A stretch of DNA of 64,000 nucleotides from Candidatus Multivorans sp. (lineage in GTDB: Bacteria; Acidobacteriota; Thermoanaerobaculia; Multivoradales; Multivoraceae): NCBI GenBank assembly GCA_965247095.1, contig OZ251997.1:2400001-2464000 (forward strand). The letters are read 5' to 3'. Shown in pieces: positions 39,129-48,354 of the stretch. Position 1 is the first letter of the stretch. Every line of letters starts with the position of its first letter. Below the pieces are notes generated by a model. The model saw only the letters and a list, made by a program, of their open reading frames with translations. It had not been told where the DNA came from and searched no databases. A program made the position numbers and the translations under genes.

Positions 39129-39330
39129 TCAGGCGAGTTTGAAGTTCACCGTCACGTGGTAGTGGACGGGAACGGGCTCACCATCGACCATCGTAGGCTC
39201 GTATTTCCACTGCCTCACCGCCAGGTCGCCCGCCCACACCTCGGGACCAGCGGCCTCAGCAGGAAGCTGAGAGCGCACAAGAAAACCGAGGCCGAAGGCC
39301 GCAGTCAGGGCCGCCGCCGCACCCGCGATG
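39129..39330 (-). pseudogene. Energy transducer TonB relic
   Basis: Manual translation IAGAAAALTAAFGLGFLV...AVRQWKYEPTMVDGEPVPVHYHVTVNFKLA*: TM segment joined to the last ~30 aa of a TonB C-terminal domain; no start. Confidence 0.7.
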
Positions 39331-39332
39331 CT

Positions 39333-39794
39333 CTAGGGCTGCCCGGAGGACTCGCGATTGTCGTACGGCGCGCCGGTGCCGGACGAGCCCGCGAACAGCC
39401 GCCGCCCGTCGGGCAGCGTGACATCGCGGCCGTTCGCCCGCGGCGCGCCGTCAATCGCCTGGTAGCCCTCGACGAGCACCTCAGTCCCCGGCGCCACCGA
39501 GTGCTTCTTCCAGCCCCGCCGCACCAGGGCGCCCGGCGGGCCGCACTCGACCATCCATGCCGTCACCGTACCGTCCTCGTCGGTGACGTCGATGTGAATC
39601 CAGGCGTGCGGATTCACCCACTCGACCTTCGTTACCTGGCCGCGCAGGCGCACCGGCTTCGTGGCGTCGAACTCGGCCGAGAAGGCGTGGTGCGCTGACG
39701 CCGGCTGCGGCGGAACGAGCAGGACCAGGGCCAAGGCCGCAGCAAGGCCAAGGACCGGGAGGGCTGCTTGGGAGAGGAGTCGCGTCGTCTTCAT
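39333..39794 (-). CDS. DUF6152-like secreted protein
   Basis: Signal peptide ending ASA|HHAFSAEFD, VTKVEWVNPHAWIHIDV, W.VECGPP..L.R.GW. Confidence 0.82.
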   Translation of the reverse strand: MKTTRLLSQAALPVLGLAAALALVLLVPPQPASAHHAFSAEFDATKPVRLRGQVTKVEWVNPHAWIHIDVTDEDGTVTAWMVECGPPGALVRRGWKKHSVAPGTEVLVEGYQAIDGAPRANGRDVTLPDGRRLFAGSSGTGAPYDNRESSGQP

Positions 39795-39901
39795 GGGCGT
39801 CGTCCTGCGTGGAACTGTGGCTTTGACTGAAGGACAACCCTACCACCTGCACGGCCCGAGTCCGGCCGTGCAGCAACCGCGAGGACTCTCTCTTCCCGCG
39901 G

Positions 39902-40882
39902 CTACGGCGACGCGTCCTCACCCGTCGGCGATGCCTCGACCCGGCGCAGGAAATCCTCCGCATCCCGACACTCGACAGCGGCTTTGACTACGACCGCGAT
40001 ATCGGTGGTCGCCGAGAGCCGCTCCAACCAGGCTTCCACAGCAGGCGTAGCCGCGACGCCTCGAGCTTGGAGCGCCTGCCGCACCAGGGAACGGGCCGTA
40101 TCGAGGCTTCCTTCCGCACGGCTCTCTGCACGCTCGGCAGCCAGGAACCGGTCGTCGTCGGGGCTGGTGCCTGTCGCCCTGCCCATCCTCCGGCCCACGC
40201 GGCGCAGCGCCGCCACGGTCTCCTCCGACTTCGTCTCCTCGTTCAGCGCCCGGTGGATCTCCGCCGCTCGCCAACCCGAAAAAGCCCGGCTGGCGGCCGA
40301 CTCGACGTAGCCGCCGCCCTCCAGCAGGTAGATCGTCAGTCGCGGCCGGCCCGAAGTCCGCGGCGCAAGCCACACTGGCTCCGGCACTTCCACCCACACC
40401 TCGGGAAACCCCAACGACGCGTAGACCCCCAGCTTTCGCCGCCGCACGTCGGTCGTGTGATCCACTTCCAGCACGACATCGGGTAGCGGACCGCGGTCCA
40501 CATCGATCGCCTTGCCCGTCGGCCAGGGCTGGTCCAGAAAGAAGACCGCGTCCGCCTGCATGAGGACCTCGACGCCCCCCTTCTCCCCGCGCTGCACCAG
40601 GTCCGCCGAACCGAGCGCCAGAATCTTCGCGCCGCGCGCTTGGGAGATCATCTCCACCAGACCCGCTACTCCAGCCGACGGAATCTCGTGATAGACCGTC
40701 GCCGGCTCGGCGAGGATCATCGCCGTCTCGGTGCGGGCCTCCCAGTACTCGATGCGGCCATCGTAGTCGTCCAACTCCCCGACCGGCAGGTGGACGGCGC
40801 GGCACCCCGGGAAGTCCCTCGGATCGAGAGGTCGCTGCGGCTCACGCGGCCGCCGTGCGATCTTGGGGAGGGGGTCGGCCAT
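39902..40882 (-). CDS. Uma2/DUF820 family endonuclease-like protein
   Basis: [40 protein letters not shown]. Confidence 0.85.
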   Translation of the reverse strand: MADPLPKIARRPREPQRPLDPRDFPGCRAVHLPVGELDDYDGRIEYWEARTETAMILAEPATVYHEIPSAGVAGLVEMISQARGAKILALGSADLVQRGEKGGVEVLMQADAVFFLDQPWPTGKAIDVDRGPLPDVVLEVDHTTDVRRRKLGVYASLGFPEVWVEVPEPVWLAPRTSGRPRLTIYLLEGGGYVESAASRAFSGWRAAEIHRALNEETKSEETVAALRRVGRRMGRATGTSPDDDRFLAAERAESRAEGSLDTARSLVRQALQARGVAATPAVEAWLERLSATTDIAVVVKAAVECRDAEDFLRRVEASPTGEDASP

Positions 40883-41177
40883 GGTGGGAGAAGTGTAACG
40901 TCGGCCGCAGTCTTGGTTCCCCGATGGAACAACCGGCTGCATGGCTGGACGAGACTTCAAGCGCCTCTGGCCGGTTGTCTGTTCCTGACAACCTTCGCCT
41001 GCGAAGACGAAGCAGCGGCCATTTGCATCCGGCCGGCATCGTTGATCCGCGGTCGAAAGACGGCCCGATATGCTCCCTCGTCACGCCTTGCCGAGCGGCC
41101 TGCCTGACCGCTCTCGGGGGCGACACGCCCGCCCACCGCCCTCTCCGCCAAGGAGCCGCTAGAGAATGCGTAAAGAA

Positions 41178-41750
41178 ATGTCGCTTTGGTCCGAGTTCCT
41201 TGAGGCTTGGCCACCGGACCGGGTCCGCGGCATGTCTCTGGACCAGTACACCAATCTCAACCGGGACAACGCCTTCATCTACTGGCTCGAGGAACGAACC
41301 AAGGCCCTCGGAAGTATCTCGGGTGGCTCGGCCTTCAAGTTCGGCATCTACCGTCGCGACCAAAAGGACCCGAAGAAACGCGGCAGAGGAGGTCGCCTAC
41401 GAACTACGTCACGGGATCTTCCGCAGGATCTGCGACGCGGCAGAGAAGAACCCAACCTGCGAACCGTACGTCCTCATCATCGATGAGATCAACCGCGGCA
41501 ACATTCCGAAGATCTTCGGAGAACTGATCACGCTGATCGAACCATCAAAGCGATTCGGCAAGAACGACGAAGTGAGGGTCACTCTTCCCTACTCCGGCCA
41601 CGAGTTCGGCGTGCCGGACAACCTCTACATCATTGGCACGATGAATACGGCCGACCGCTCGATTCAGCAACTCGACACGGCGCTTAGACGGCGATTCACG
41701 TTCGTCGAGATGATGCCCGATCCCGATCACAGTCTCATTCCCGACGACGT
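41178..41750 (+). pseudogene. mcrB: McrB GTPase relic (N-terminal piece plus distal AAA+ piece, Walker A missing)
   Basis: [12 protein letters not shown]...[14 protein letters not shown] then, in another frame, [25 protein letters not shown]...[19 protein letters not shown]. Confidence 0.85.
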
Positions 41751-42319
41751 TGGTACACCTGTTTCTGTTCGGTCAAGGCCTCGCTACCTACCACGGGGAG
41801 CACGAGAACCAGTCGCTTCTCTTTCCGATGGAGGAGATCTACGAGGACTTCGTGACCCAGAGCTTCCGGCGCCACCAGAACGCCTACGGCGTGAGGGCGC
41901 AGGGACCGTGGACGGCGCTGACGCGTAGCCCCGAAGCGTTCACGATGAAGCCGGACATCACTCTTCAGAAGGGCGGCCATAACCGGTTCGTCCTCGACAC
42001 GAAACGGAAACGGCTCAAGTCGGCAACCGAAGATCGGACGAAGCGCGGCATTGTGCAAGCCGACATGTACCAGCTATACGCCTACGGCAAGCGCTCTGGC
42101 TGCAAGACGGTGGCCCTGGTCTATCCTCGGACGGACGACTTCAGTGAGCCGGTGCGGTTTGTCTTCCACGACGGTCTAACGCTGCTCGGTCTGCCGTTCG
42201 ATGTCTCGCGGCAGGAAGATAGCGTCCGTCGCTGCCTCCAGGCCCTGCACTATCCAGAGGGCCCAGCAGAGGCTTGGGAGGAACGCGAGTCAAGCGCTGT
42301 GGAAGCCGAAGCGTCCTGA
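41750..42319 (+). pseudogene. mcrC: McrC nuclease C-terminal relic
   Basis: [39 protein letters not shown]; N-terminal half missing. Confidence 0.82.
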
Positions 42320-42350
42320 CAGGACATCGCGCGGTCGAACTTGCCATCTT

Positions 42351-42465
42351 CGCCGCTTCGCGGCTCGCCGGATGCGGGCGGGACGCCCGGGTTCCATCCA
42401 TGCGCCTGATGACAGGCGCTCGGATGGTTCACGGGTGGCGCGGATCGCGCCACCCGGGTTCCCAG
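42351..42465. repeat. Composite REP-like element (A'-B-C-D)
   Basis: All four hairpin modules in order, ending GGGTTCCCAG. Confidence 0.8.
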
Positions 42466-42468
42466 CGT

Positions 42469-44232
42469 CTACTGCGCTCCCGAACCCGTCTCCGCCGCCG
42501 CGGCCGCGGCTTCCTCGCGGTCGCGGGCCCGGGCGCCGGAGAGGATGTTCGTCATGCCGTAGTTGCCTTCGTGGCAGGAGTACTCGACGAGCTCGTACTG
42601 CTCGTTGTCGAGTTCGAACTCGAAGCGGCCGGTCCAGGGCTGAGTCCAAATGCTCGGATCCTCGACGGTGAACTGGTACTCGAGGCGGTTCGGGCCCAAG
42701 CGGGTGTAGCGCTCGGTGAGCTTCATGCCCTCGCTAGAGCCGCGGTAGTTCGTGCGGCCGTTGAACTTCGTGACCTCGACGACCAGGGTGTCGCCGTCCC
42801 AGCGGCCCTGGGACTCGCCGAGCCACTGTTTGACCCCTGCTCCCAGCGGCGGGCGTGCCTCGGTGGGGATGACCCGGGTCTCGTGGATCATCTCCTTCTG
42901 GATCGCGACGAAACCAGGGCTCTGGCTGATCTGGAGGCCGTTGTTGTAGATCGAAGGCATCATCATGCCGGGAAGGCCGCGCGTGATGCAGCGCACGTAG
43001 GCGGTCAGGTCCTCCGGTCCCGCAGGCCGGCGGTTCACGTAGTCCCCAAACGCCTCAGAGGCCTGCCTCCTGCGCTCCTGTGCCTCCTCCGTCAACTCGG
43101 GCAGACGACCGTCCGGCGGGTCGATGACCATCGCGACCTGTCGAGACGGCGCCGACTTGACGTAGCCGAGCGTCGTGTCCCGCCACTCGCGCTCGTAGCC
43201 CCAGATGCTGCCCAGGGTGCCGCGTTCGCGGCGGGCCGCCGCTTCTTCGGGAGTCAGTTGCGCCCGGTCGGCAAGCTCCTCGGGACGTTCCAGGGGAATG
43301 CCGTGGGCCTTGTTGCCGCTCCACATCCCCTGCAGGTCGGGCGTGCTCCAGGGCGTCCGCGGGACCACGTAGGGCTCGGCCGAGGCGACGGCTTCATCCT
43401 CGAAGTCGGCCATCGCGTCGATACCCTGCCAGCCCGGTTCGAGGACCGCCACCCGCACGTTGTCGGGGGCGGAGACGAAGCCGCGCTTCGCTTCCGAGCG
43501 GCCACCCGCCGGCCGCTCAGGATCCCGGGTGAAGCGAACGCCCCGGTCGCGGAGTCCGACGGCCGCCGTGTCGAGATCGGCGATCTCGAAGGCGAGATGG
43601 TCGATCGCCCGTCCCGCGCTCGCCGCCGGTTGACCCTCGGCGTGCTGCGAGGCGAGCAGCCAGACGTCGCCGAAACGGACACCGTCGAGCATCCCGCGCA
43701 GGCTCGCCGGCGAGCCGCCGAACGTCTCGCGGTACCAATCGAGTGTCCGGCCCGGATCGGCCGAACTGAGGTGGACATGGTGGAAGCCCAACGTCTCCGT
43801 GTCCTCGACCACCTCGATCCGCGTGCCCCAGGGATCGAAGATGAAGCCGATCTTGAACAGGCCCGGGATGTCCCGCAGGGTCGAGCCGTCGTCGAAGCGC
43901 TGCAGCCGAACACCGGAGCCCCGCACGCCGACCTTCTCCAACTCGGCCATCTTCTCCGTGAGGTCCGGGAAGGAGAAGGAGATGTGGTCGAGGCCCGTGC
44001 CCTGGCTGGCGCCCATGATCGGCCCCTGGGTGAACTCGATCGTCGCGTTGCCGCAGTCGATCGCTTCGCCGCGGCCCTCGATCGGCTCGCAGTCCAGGTG
44101 CCGCTGGTACCACTTGACTGCCTCGCTGGCAGCCGAGGTCGTCAGTTGCACGGAAACCTCGCCCGCCGCCGCCGGAACGGCGGTGAGGGCGAGCAGCAGC
44201 CCGGCGGCAGCAGCCGCGACGCTACGGATCAC
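42469..44232 (-). CDS. Tandem VOC/glyoxalase domains fused to EYACHEGNY-family domain (paralogue 4)
   Basis: LDHISFSF..DPWGTRIEVV, FHHVHL, IDHLAF then PRTPWSTPDLQG, VRCITRG, IYNN, WLGESQGRWDGDTLVV, EYSCHEGNY; GTG start inferred. Confidence 0.82.
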   Translation of the reverse strand: MIRSVAAAAAGLLLALTAVPAAAGEVSVQLTTSAASEAVKWYQRHLDCEPIEGRGEAIDCGNATIEFTQGPIMGASQGTGLDHISFSFPDLTEKMAELEKVGVRGSGVRLQRFDDGSTLRDIPGLFKIGFIFDPWGTRIEVVEDTETLGFHHVHLSSADPGRTLDWYRETFGGSPASLRGMLDGVRFGDVWLLASQHAEGQPAASAGRAIDHLAFEIADLDTAAVGLRDRGVRFTRDPERPAGGRSEAKRGFVSAPDNVRVAVLEPGWQGIDAMADFEDEAVASAEPYVVPRTPWSTPDLQGMWSGNKAHGIPLERPEELADRAQLTPEEAAARRERGTLGSIWGYEREWRDTTLGYVKSAPSRQVAMVIDPPDGRLPELTEEAQERRRQASEAFGDYVNRRPAGPEDLTAYVRCITRGLPGMMMPSIYNNGLQISQSPGFVAIQKEMIHETRVIPTEARPPLGAGVKQWLGESQGRWDGDTLVVEVTKFNGRTNYRGSSEGMKLTERYTRLGPNRLEYQFTVEDPSIWTQPWTGRFEFELDNEQYELVEYSCHEGNYGMTNILSGARARDREEAAAAAAETGSGAQ

Positions 44233-45043
44233 TGTCTGTCGGTGTTTCTTCGCGTCGGCGTAGGTGGCCATAGAGAAGCTCCTCAGAAAACTCGACACAC
44301 TTGAACTCCAGCACCCGCGCGTGCTCCTCGAGACGGCGGTAAAGCGGCATGCGGATCGTCCACGGACCGGTGAAAACGTTCTCGTCTTCGAGCGTCGCCT
44401 CGTACATCAACGAGTTGGGTCCGGTCGGCGTGTACCGCTCGACCACGCGCAAGGTGTCGCTGGCGAAGTTGCCGGCGCGGTCGAACCAGGCTTGACCGTT
44501 GAAGCCGGCGGCCTCGACGACCAGCGTCTCGCCTTCCCAGCGACCGTGGGAGCGGCCCATCCAACTGTCGATCGGCGCCGGCGCCGGATCGTCCTTGTCC
44601 ATGTGGATCGTCCGGTTCGCCTCGGCGAAACCGTAGACGATCATGATCTGGCCGGTGCCCTGGAGAAGCTGGAACGGGAACGGCATGTAGGTCGCGCGCG
44701 GCACGCCCGGCAGGTAGCACTTGGCTTCGGGGTCCTCGCGCCAGCGGTTCTCGAAGTTCTTCTGCCGCTGCTCCCGCGCCCAGTCCTGGTAGGGGATCTC
44801 GCCCTCGACGACGACGCCCACACCGGGCGGCATGGCGGCCAGAGCGCCGAGTTCCGCCGGCCCGGCGGCCGCCGAGTGGTCCTCCAGGTTCCAGTGCGCG
44901 GTGTTGATCGCCTGCCAGACGCCATTGATGTCCGGGTTGCCGTCGTAGTGGCGCGGGATCGCGTGGCCGGCGTCCTGCGCCATCGCGGGCGTTGTCAGCA
45001 CCGAGGCCACCAACAGGGCCTTGAACAGACCCAGGCGCCGCAT
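44222..45043 (-). CDS. Secreted hypothetical protein, divergent member of the same family (EFKC type, paralogue 5)
   Basis: PRHYDGNPDINGVWQ, DPEAKCYLPGVPRA, WMGRSHGRWEGETLVV, LRVVERYT, LEFKCVE. Confidence 0.8.
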   Translation of the reverse strand: MRRLGLFKALLVASVLTTPAMAQDAGHAIPRHYDGNPDINGVWQAINTAHWNLEDHSAAAGPAELGALAAMPPGVGVVVEGEIPYQDWAREQRQKNFENRWREDPEAKCYLPGVPRATYMPFPFQLLQGTGQIMIVYGFAEANRTIHMDKDDPAPAPIDSWMGRSHGRWEGETLVVEAAGFNGQAWFDRAGNFASDTLRVVERYTPTGPNSLMYEATLEDENVFTGPWTIRMPLYRRLEEHARVLEFKCVEFSEELLYGHLRRREETPTDSDP

Positions 45044-45179
45044 CCAAGCTCGTCCGTCTTGCACTCGATTCCTCACCACGATGGAGGGAAGTCTCGTCCT
45101 TGGGTAAGGCGAGAGCATAGCCCACCGGTGAGGCGGAGTCGGACCGCCCTTGAACGCAGTTGATTGCCCGGTACGATTT

Positions 45180-45189
45180 AGACTAGTCT
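45180..45189. promoter_or_regulatory. Probable TA operator palindrome
   Basis: AGACTAGTCT, 27 bp upstream of the phd start. Confidence 0.4.
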
Positions 45190-45216
45190 GACCGACCGGA
45201 CTGAACTGGAGACCCT

Positions 45217-45462
45217 ATGCAGACGATCGGCGCCTACGAAGCGAAGACCCATCTTCCCCGACTACTGGAACGCGTTGCAAGCGGCGAGACCCTGACGATC
45301 ACTCGCCATGGTCGGCCCATCGCCCGACTCGTCCCGGTAGAGACGGACGATCGAGAGCGCGCCGCTCAGGCAGCCCGTCGCATCGAGGAGCGTCGCAACC
45401 GGCTCGGCCGGGCGAGCCTGACCGAGTTGCTCGACTCCATCCATGAAGGTCACCGGGTTTGA
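45217..45462 (+). CDS. Phd/YefM family antitoxin
   Basis: MQTIGAYEAKTHLPRLLERVASGETLTITRHGRPIARLVP. Confidence 0.92.
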   Translation: MQTIGAYEAKTHLPRLLERVASGETLTITRHGRPIARLVPVETDDRERAAQAARRIEERRNRLGRASLTELLDSIHEGHRV

Positions 45463-45875
45463 CCGCCATTGTCCTCGACAACTCGGTGGTGCTCTGCTGG
45501 TGTCTGGCCGATGAGGTGGATCCGCTGGCGCAGCGAGCTCTCCAACTGACCGTCGAGCAAGGCGCGGTCGCACCTCGGATCTGGTGGTACGAACTGTGGA
45601 ACGCGTTGCTGGTGAACGAGCGTCGCGGCCGCCTTGAAGAAGCCGACACGCGCACGACGCTCCTCGACCTCGGGCAAATGCGAATCGAACTGGACGCCGA
45701 CCACGACGACCGAAATGTCCTCAATCTGGCGCGACGGCACAATCTGACGGCATACGACGCTGCCTATCTGGAAGTCGCGGGCCGCCGCCGGCTGCCGCTC
45801 GCGACGTTGGACCGACGCCTTCAGACCGCCGCGGCCGCCGAGGGCGCCGCTCTGCTTGGGCAGGGCGCATCCTGA
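45459..45875 (+). CDS. vapC: VapC PIN-domain toxin
   Basis: VLDNSV, YELWNAL, LTAYDAAYL, LATLD; TTGA overlap. Confidence 0.9.
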   Translation: MTAIVLDNSVVLCWCLADEVDPLAQRALQLTVEQGAVAPRIWWYELWNALLVNERRGRLEEADTRTTLLDLGQMRIELDADHDDRNVLNLARRHNLTAYDAAYLEVAGRRRLPLATLDRRLQTAAAAEGAALLGQGAS

Positions 45876-45929
45876 CAAGCCCTCGCTACACTCGGCGCCC
45901 CAACCTCCCCAAGGAAGGATGATCCAGCG

Positions 45930-46718
45930 ATGATCGACCTGAACCTGACCGACCGCCGCGCCGTCGTTACCGGCGGCAGCCTCGGCATCGGCGCCGCCAC
46001 CGTCCGCCTGCTCGCCGACCACGGCGCCGCGGTCTCCTTCTGCGCCCGCAGCGAGGACGCCGTCGCGTCGCTCGACGGCTACAAGCCGCCCTCCGGCAGC
46101 GGCAGCGTGGCGGGACACGTCGCCGACATGGCCGACCGTTCATCGATCGACGCCTTCTTCGAAGCCGTCCTGGCCGGCGGCGCCGTCGACATCCTGGTCA
46201 ACAACGTCGGCGCCTCGCCCTCGCGCAACTTCCTCTACATGAGCGACGACGACTGGGAGGACCTGTTCCGTCTCAACCTGATCTCGGCCGTGCGCAGCAC
46301 CAGACTCTGCCTGCCGGGTATGCGCAAGCAGAAGTGGGGCCGCGTGGTGATGATCGCGAGCGGCGCGGCGAAGTACCCCGGCGCCGCGCTGATCGACTAC
46401 GGCGCCTCGAAGGCGGCGATGGTCGCCACCGGCAAGGCCCTGTCCGGCAAGTACGGACGCGACAACGTGCTGTTCAACTCCGTCCTGCCCGGCCTGATCC
46501 ACACCGCGATGTGGGAGCGGGCGGCCAAGGAGATCGCCAACGCCCGCGGCGGCGACTGGGAGGACATCATCAAGAACAACGGCAAGAGCGTCCCCGTCGG
46601 CCGCTACGGCACTTCCGAGGAGGTCGCCAACATGATCGTCTTCCTGTGCTCGGAAGCCGCGTCCTACGTCAACGGCGCCGTGATCGATGTCGACGGCGGC
46701 CAGGGCCCGCACATCTGA
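45930..46718 (+). CDS. SDR family oxidoreductase
   Basis: TGGSLGIG, NNVG, YGASK, PGLIHT. Confidence 0.92.
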   Translation: MIDLNLTDRRAVVTGGSLGIGAATVRLLADHGAAVSFCARSEDAVASLDGYKPPSGSGSVAGHVADMADRSSIDAFFEAVLAGGAVDILVNNVGASPSRNFLYMSDDDWEDLFRLNLISAVRSTRLCLPGMRKQKWGRVVMIASGAAKYPGAALIDYGASKAAMVATGKALSGKYGRDNVLFNSVLPGLIHTAMWERAAKEIANARGGDWEDIIKNNGKSVPVGRYGTSEEVANMIVFLCSEAASYVNGAVIDVDGGQGPHI

Positions 46719-46722
46719 CCCG

Positions 46723-47115
46723 CTAGTTGCGCAGCACGGAGATGTCGGACGCCTCCGCGAGGTGGCCATCGGCCGTGACCAGCGTCAGGCCCATCACCTT
46801 GGCTGTGGCAGCGAGGAAGCGGTCCGCGGGATCCTTGTGCGGGAGATCGACCGCGCGGCTTGCCAGTGCGATCTCGTGGGTAACGGGTGCCTCGCGGGTG
46901 GGCATCTTGTCCATCGCCTCTTCGATCCAGGCCTCTGCCGAGCCGTGCAGGGCGAGACGCCCCTTTTCGAACAGCAGAAGCACCTCCCACACACTGATCG
47001 GAGAGAGCCAGAGCTCGTTTTCCGGCGACTCGATGGCTGCGGCGACCTCCTCGGACACGCGCTCCGGCTCGACTTGACTCCAAACCCAGACGTGCGTGTC
47101 AAGCAGGAGCCTCAA
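46723..47115 (-). CDS. vapC: VapC PIN-domain toxin
   Basis: LLLDTHVWVW, SPISVWE, HKDPADRFLAATA, LVTAD; TTGA overlap. Confidence 0.9.
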   Translation of the reverse strand: MRLLLDTHVWVWSQVEPERVSEEVAAAIESPENELWLSPISVWEVLLLFEKGRLALHGSAEAWIEEAMDKMPTREAPVTHEIALASRAVDLPHKDPADRFLAATAKVMGLTLVTADGHLAEASDISVLRN

Positions 47116-47354
47116 GACCGCAGAACTTCCCATTCGTCTTCGTCCACCACCGGGGAGACGATGTCACCCACGATACTCGCCGTACCCCGCATCTGGCCGA
47201 GAACCCGGCGTGGCTGAACGGCCGGCGCGGGCGGAACGATCTCGGCGACGGGCTTGCCGAAACGCGTGACTAGCACCGACTCCCCAGTTCGGTTGACCCG
47301 CTGCAGCACGGCCAAGCACGTCGCCTTGAACTTCGAAACAGCGATCTCCTCCAT
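47112..47354 (-). CDS. Phd/YefM family antitoxin
   Basis: IAVSKFKATCLAVLQRV..TGESVLVTRFGKPVAEIVP. Confidence 0.9.
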   Translation of the reverse strand: MEEIAVSKFKATCLAVLQRVNRTGESVLVTRFGKPVAEIVPPAPAVQPRRVLGQMRGTASIVGDIVSPVVDEDEWEVLRS

Positions 47355-47393
47355 TCATCCTCTCCTTCGCGTCGGGCAGATGCGCACGTTTGT

Positions 47394-47416
47394 ACCATGG
47401 TCGATGACCATGGTCA
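47394..47416. promoter_or_regulatory. Probable TA operator (two ACCATGGT palindromes)
   Basis: ACCATGGTCGATGACCATGGTCA upstream of phd. Confidence 0.55.
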
Positions 47417-47502
47417 ATCCTCCTGCACCCCTCAACGATCCGCCAGGAACTCGGAAGCGCCCGCGTCCAGTTTCCCGGTAGACCGTTCGGGCGGGCCGCC
47501 CG

Positions 47503-48354
47503 CTACTGCTCCTCCGACCCCTCGATCTCGGCTACGCCTGACGCCGTCTCCTCGAGCAGCGCCTGGGCGCCGCGGCGGATCAGGCTGCCGACGCCGGGGG
47601 CCTGGAAGAAGCTGAACCCCTCGCGGTCGCGCCACGCGAGCGGGCCGCCCAGCTTGAGGTCGGCGCCAAGCACGGCGTCGCGGATGCGGTCGACCATCGC
47701 CTCGTACTCCGGTTCGCCCTGGCGTTTGCCGGAGAAGCTGTAGAGGTCGGTGGAGGCCGCGAACACGACATCGACGCCGGGCACGGCGGCGATCTCCTCC
47801 ACCGCGTCGACTCCGGCCGGCGACTCGATCATCGCCACGACCAGGATGTTGTCGTTCGCCGTGGCGCGGTAGTCGCGGCCCCACAAAGCGCCGTACTGGC
47901 CGCCGCCGAGGCTGCGCCGGCCCTCGGGCGGGTACTTGGCGAAGCGGACCGCTCGCTCCATCTTCTCGGCCGTGCGCACCATGGGCACGACGATGCCGAG
48001 GGCGCCGAGGTCGACCGCCTTCTGGATGGCGCCCTCCGTCGCGTCGGGCACGCGGATGAAGGGGATGGCGGACGCGCCGCGGCAAGCCCAGATCATCCGG
48101 GCCACGTCCTGGTAGGAGAGCGGGCTGTGCTGCATCTCGATCCAGGTGAAGTCGAAGCCGGCGTTGGCCGCGACGCAGTAGCTGTCCGGGTCGGGCGAGG
48201 AGACGGAGACGCCGACGATGCCCTCGCCGCTCATCAGCTTCTGCTTGGCCGTGTTGTACATCCGCGCGCCGTCGTCCTGCGCGGCGGCAATGGCCGCGAG
48301 ACTCAGGCTGACGGCAATCGCAATGGCAAGTCGAGGCGTTCTCATGCGTCTCAT
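47503..48354 (-). CDS. HpcH/HpaI aldolase family protein with signal-peptide-like N-terminus
   Basis: FDFTWIEMQHS, IRVP, DLGALGIVVPMV, YPPEGRRS, MIES, VPGVD. Confidence 0.88.
   Translation of the reverse strand: MRRMRTPRLAIAIAVSLSLAAIAAAQDDGARMYNTAKQKLMSGEGIVGVSVSSPDPDSYCVAANAGFDFTWIEMQHSPLSYQDVARMIWACRGASAIPFIRVPDATEGAIQKAVDLGALGIVVPMVRTAEKMERAVRFAKYPPEGRRSLGGGQYGALWGRDYRATANDNILVVAMIESPAGVDAVEEIAAVPGVDVVFAASTDLYSFSGKRQGEPEYEAMVDRIRDAVLGADLKLGGPLAWRDREGFSFFQAPGVGSLIRRGAQALLEETASGVAEIEGSEEQ

Noticed and set aside
42404-42420. Hammerhead ribozyme core CTGATGA in REP module C
   Set aside because: No GAAA partner, and other copies read CCGATGA
42274-44304. Long antisense/alternate-frame ORFs (this 676-aa one; also 7136-8662, 9601-11220, 25771-27564 and others)
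   Set aside because: Shadow ORFs expected from high GC and codon bias opposite well-supported genes; no motifs
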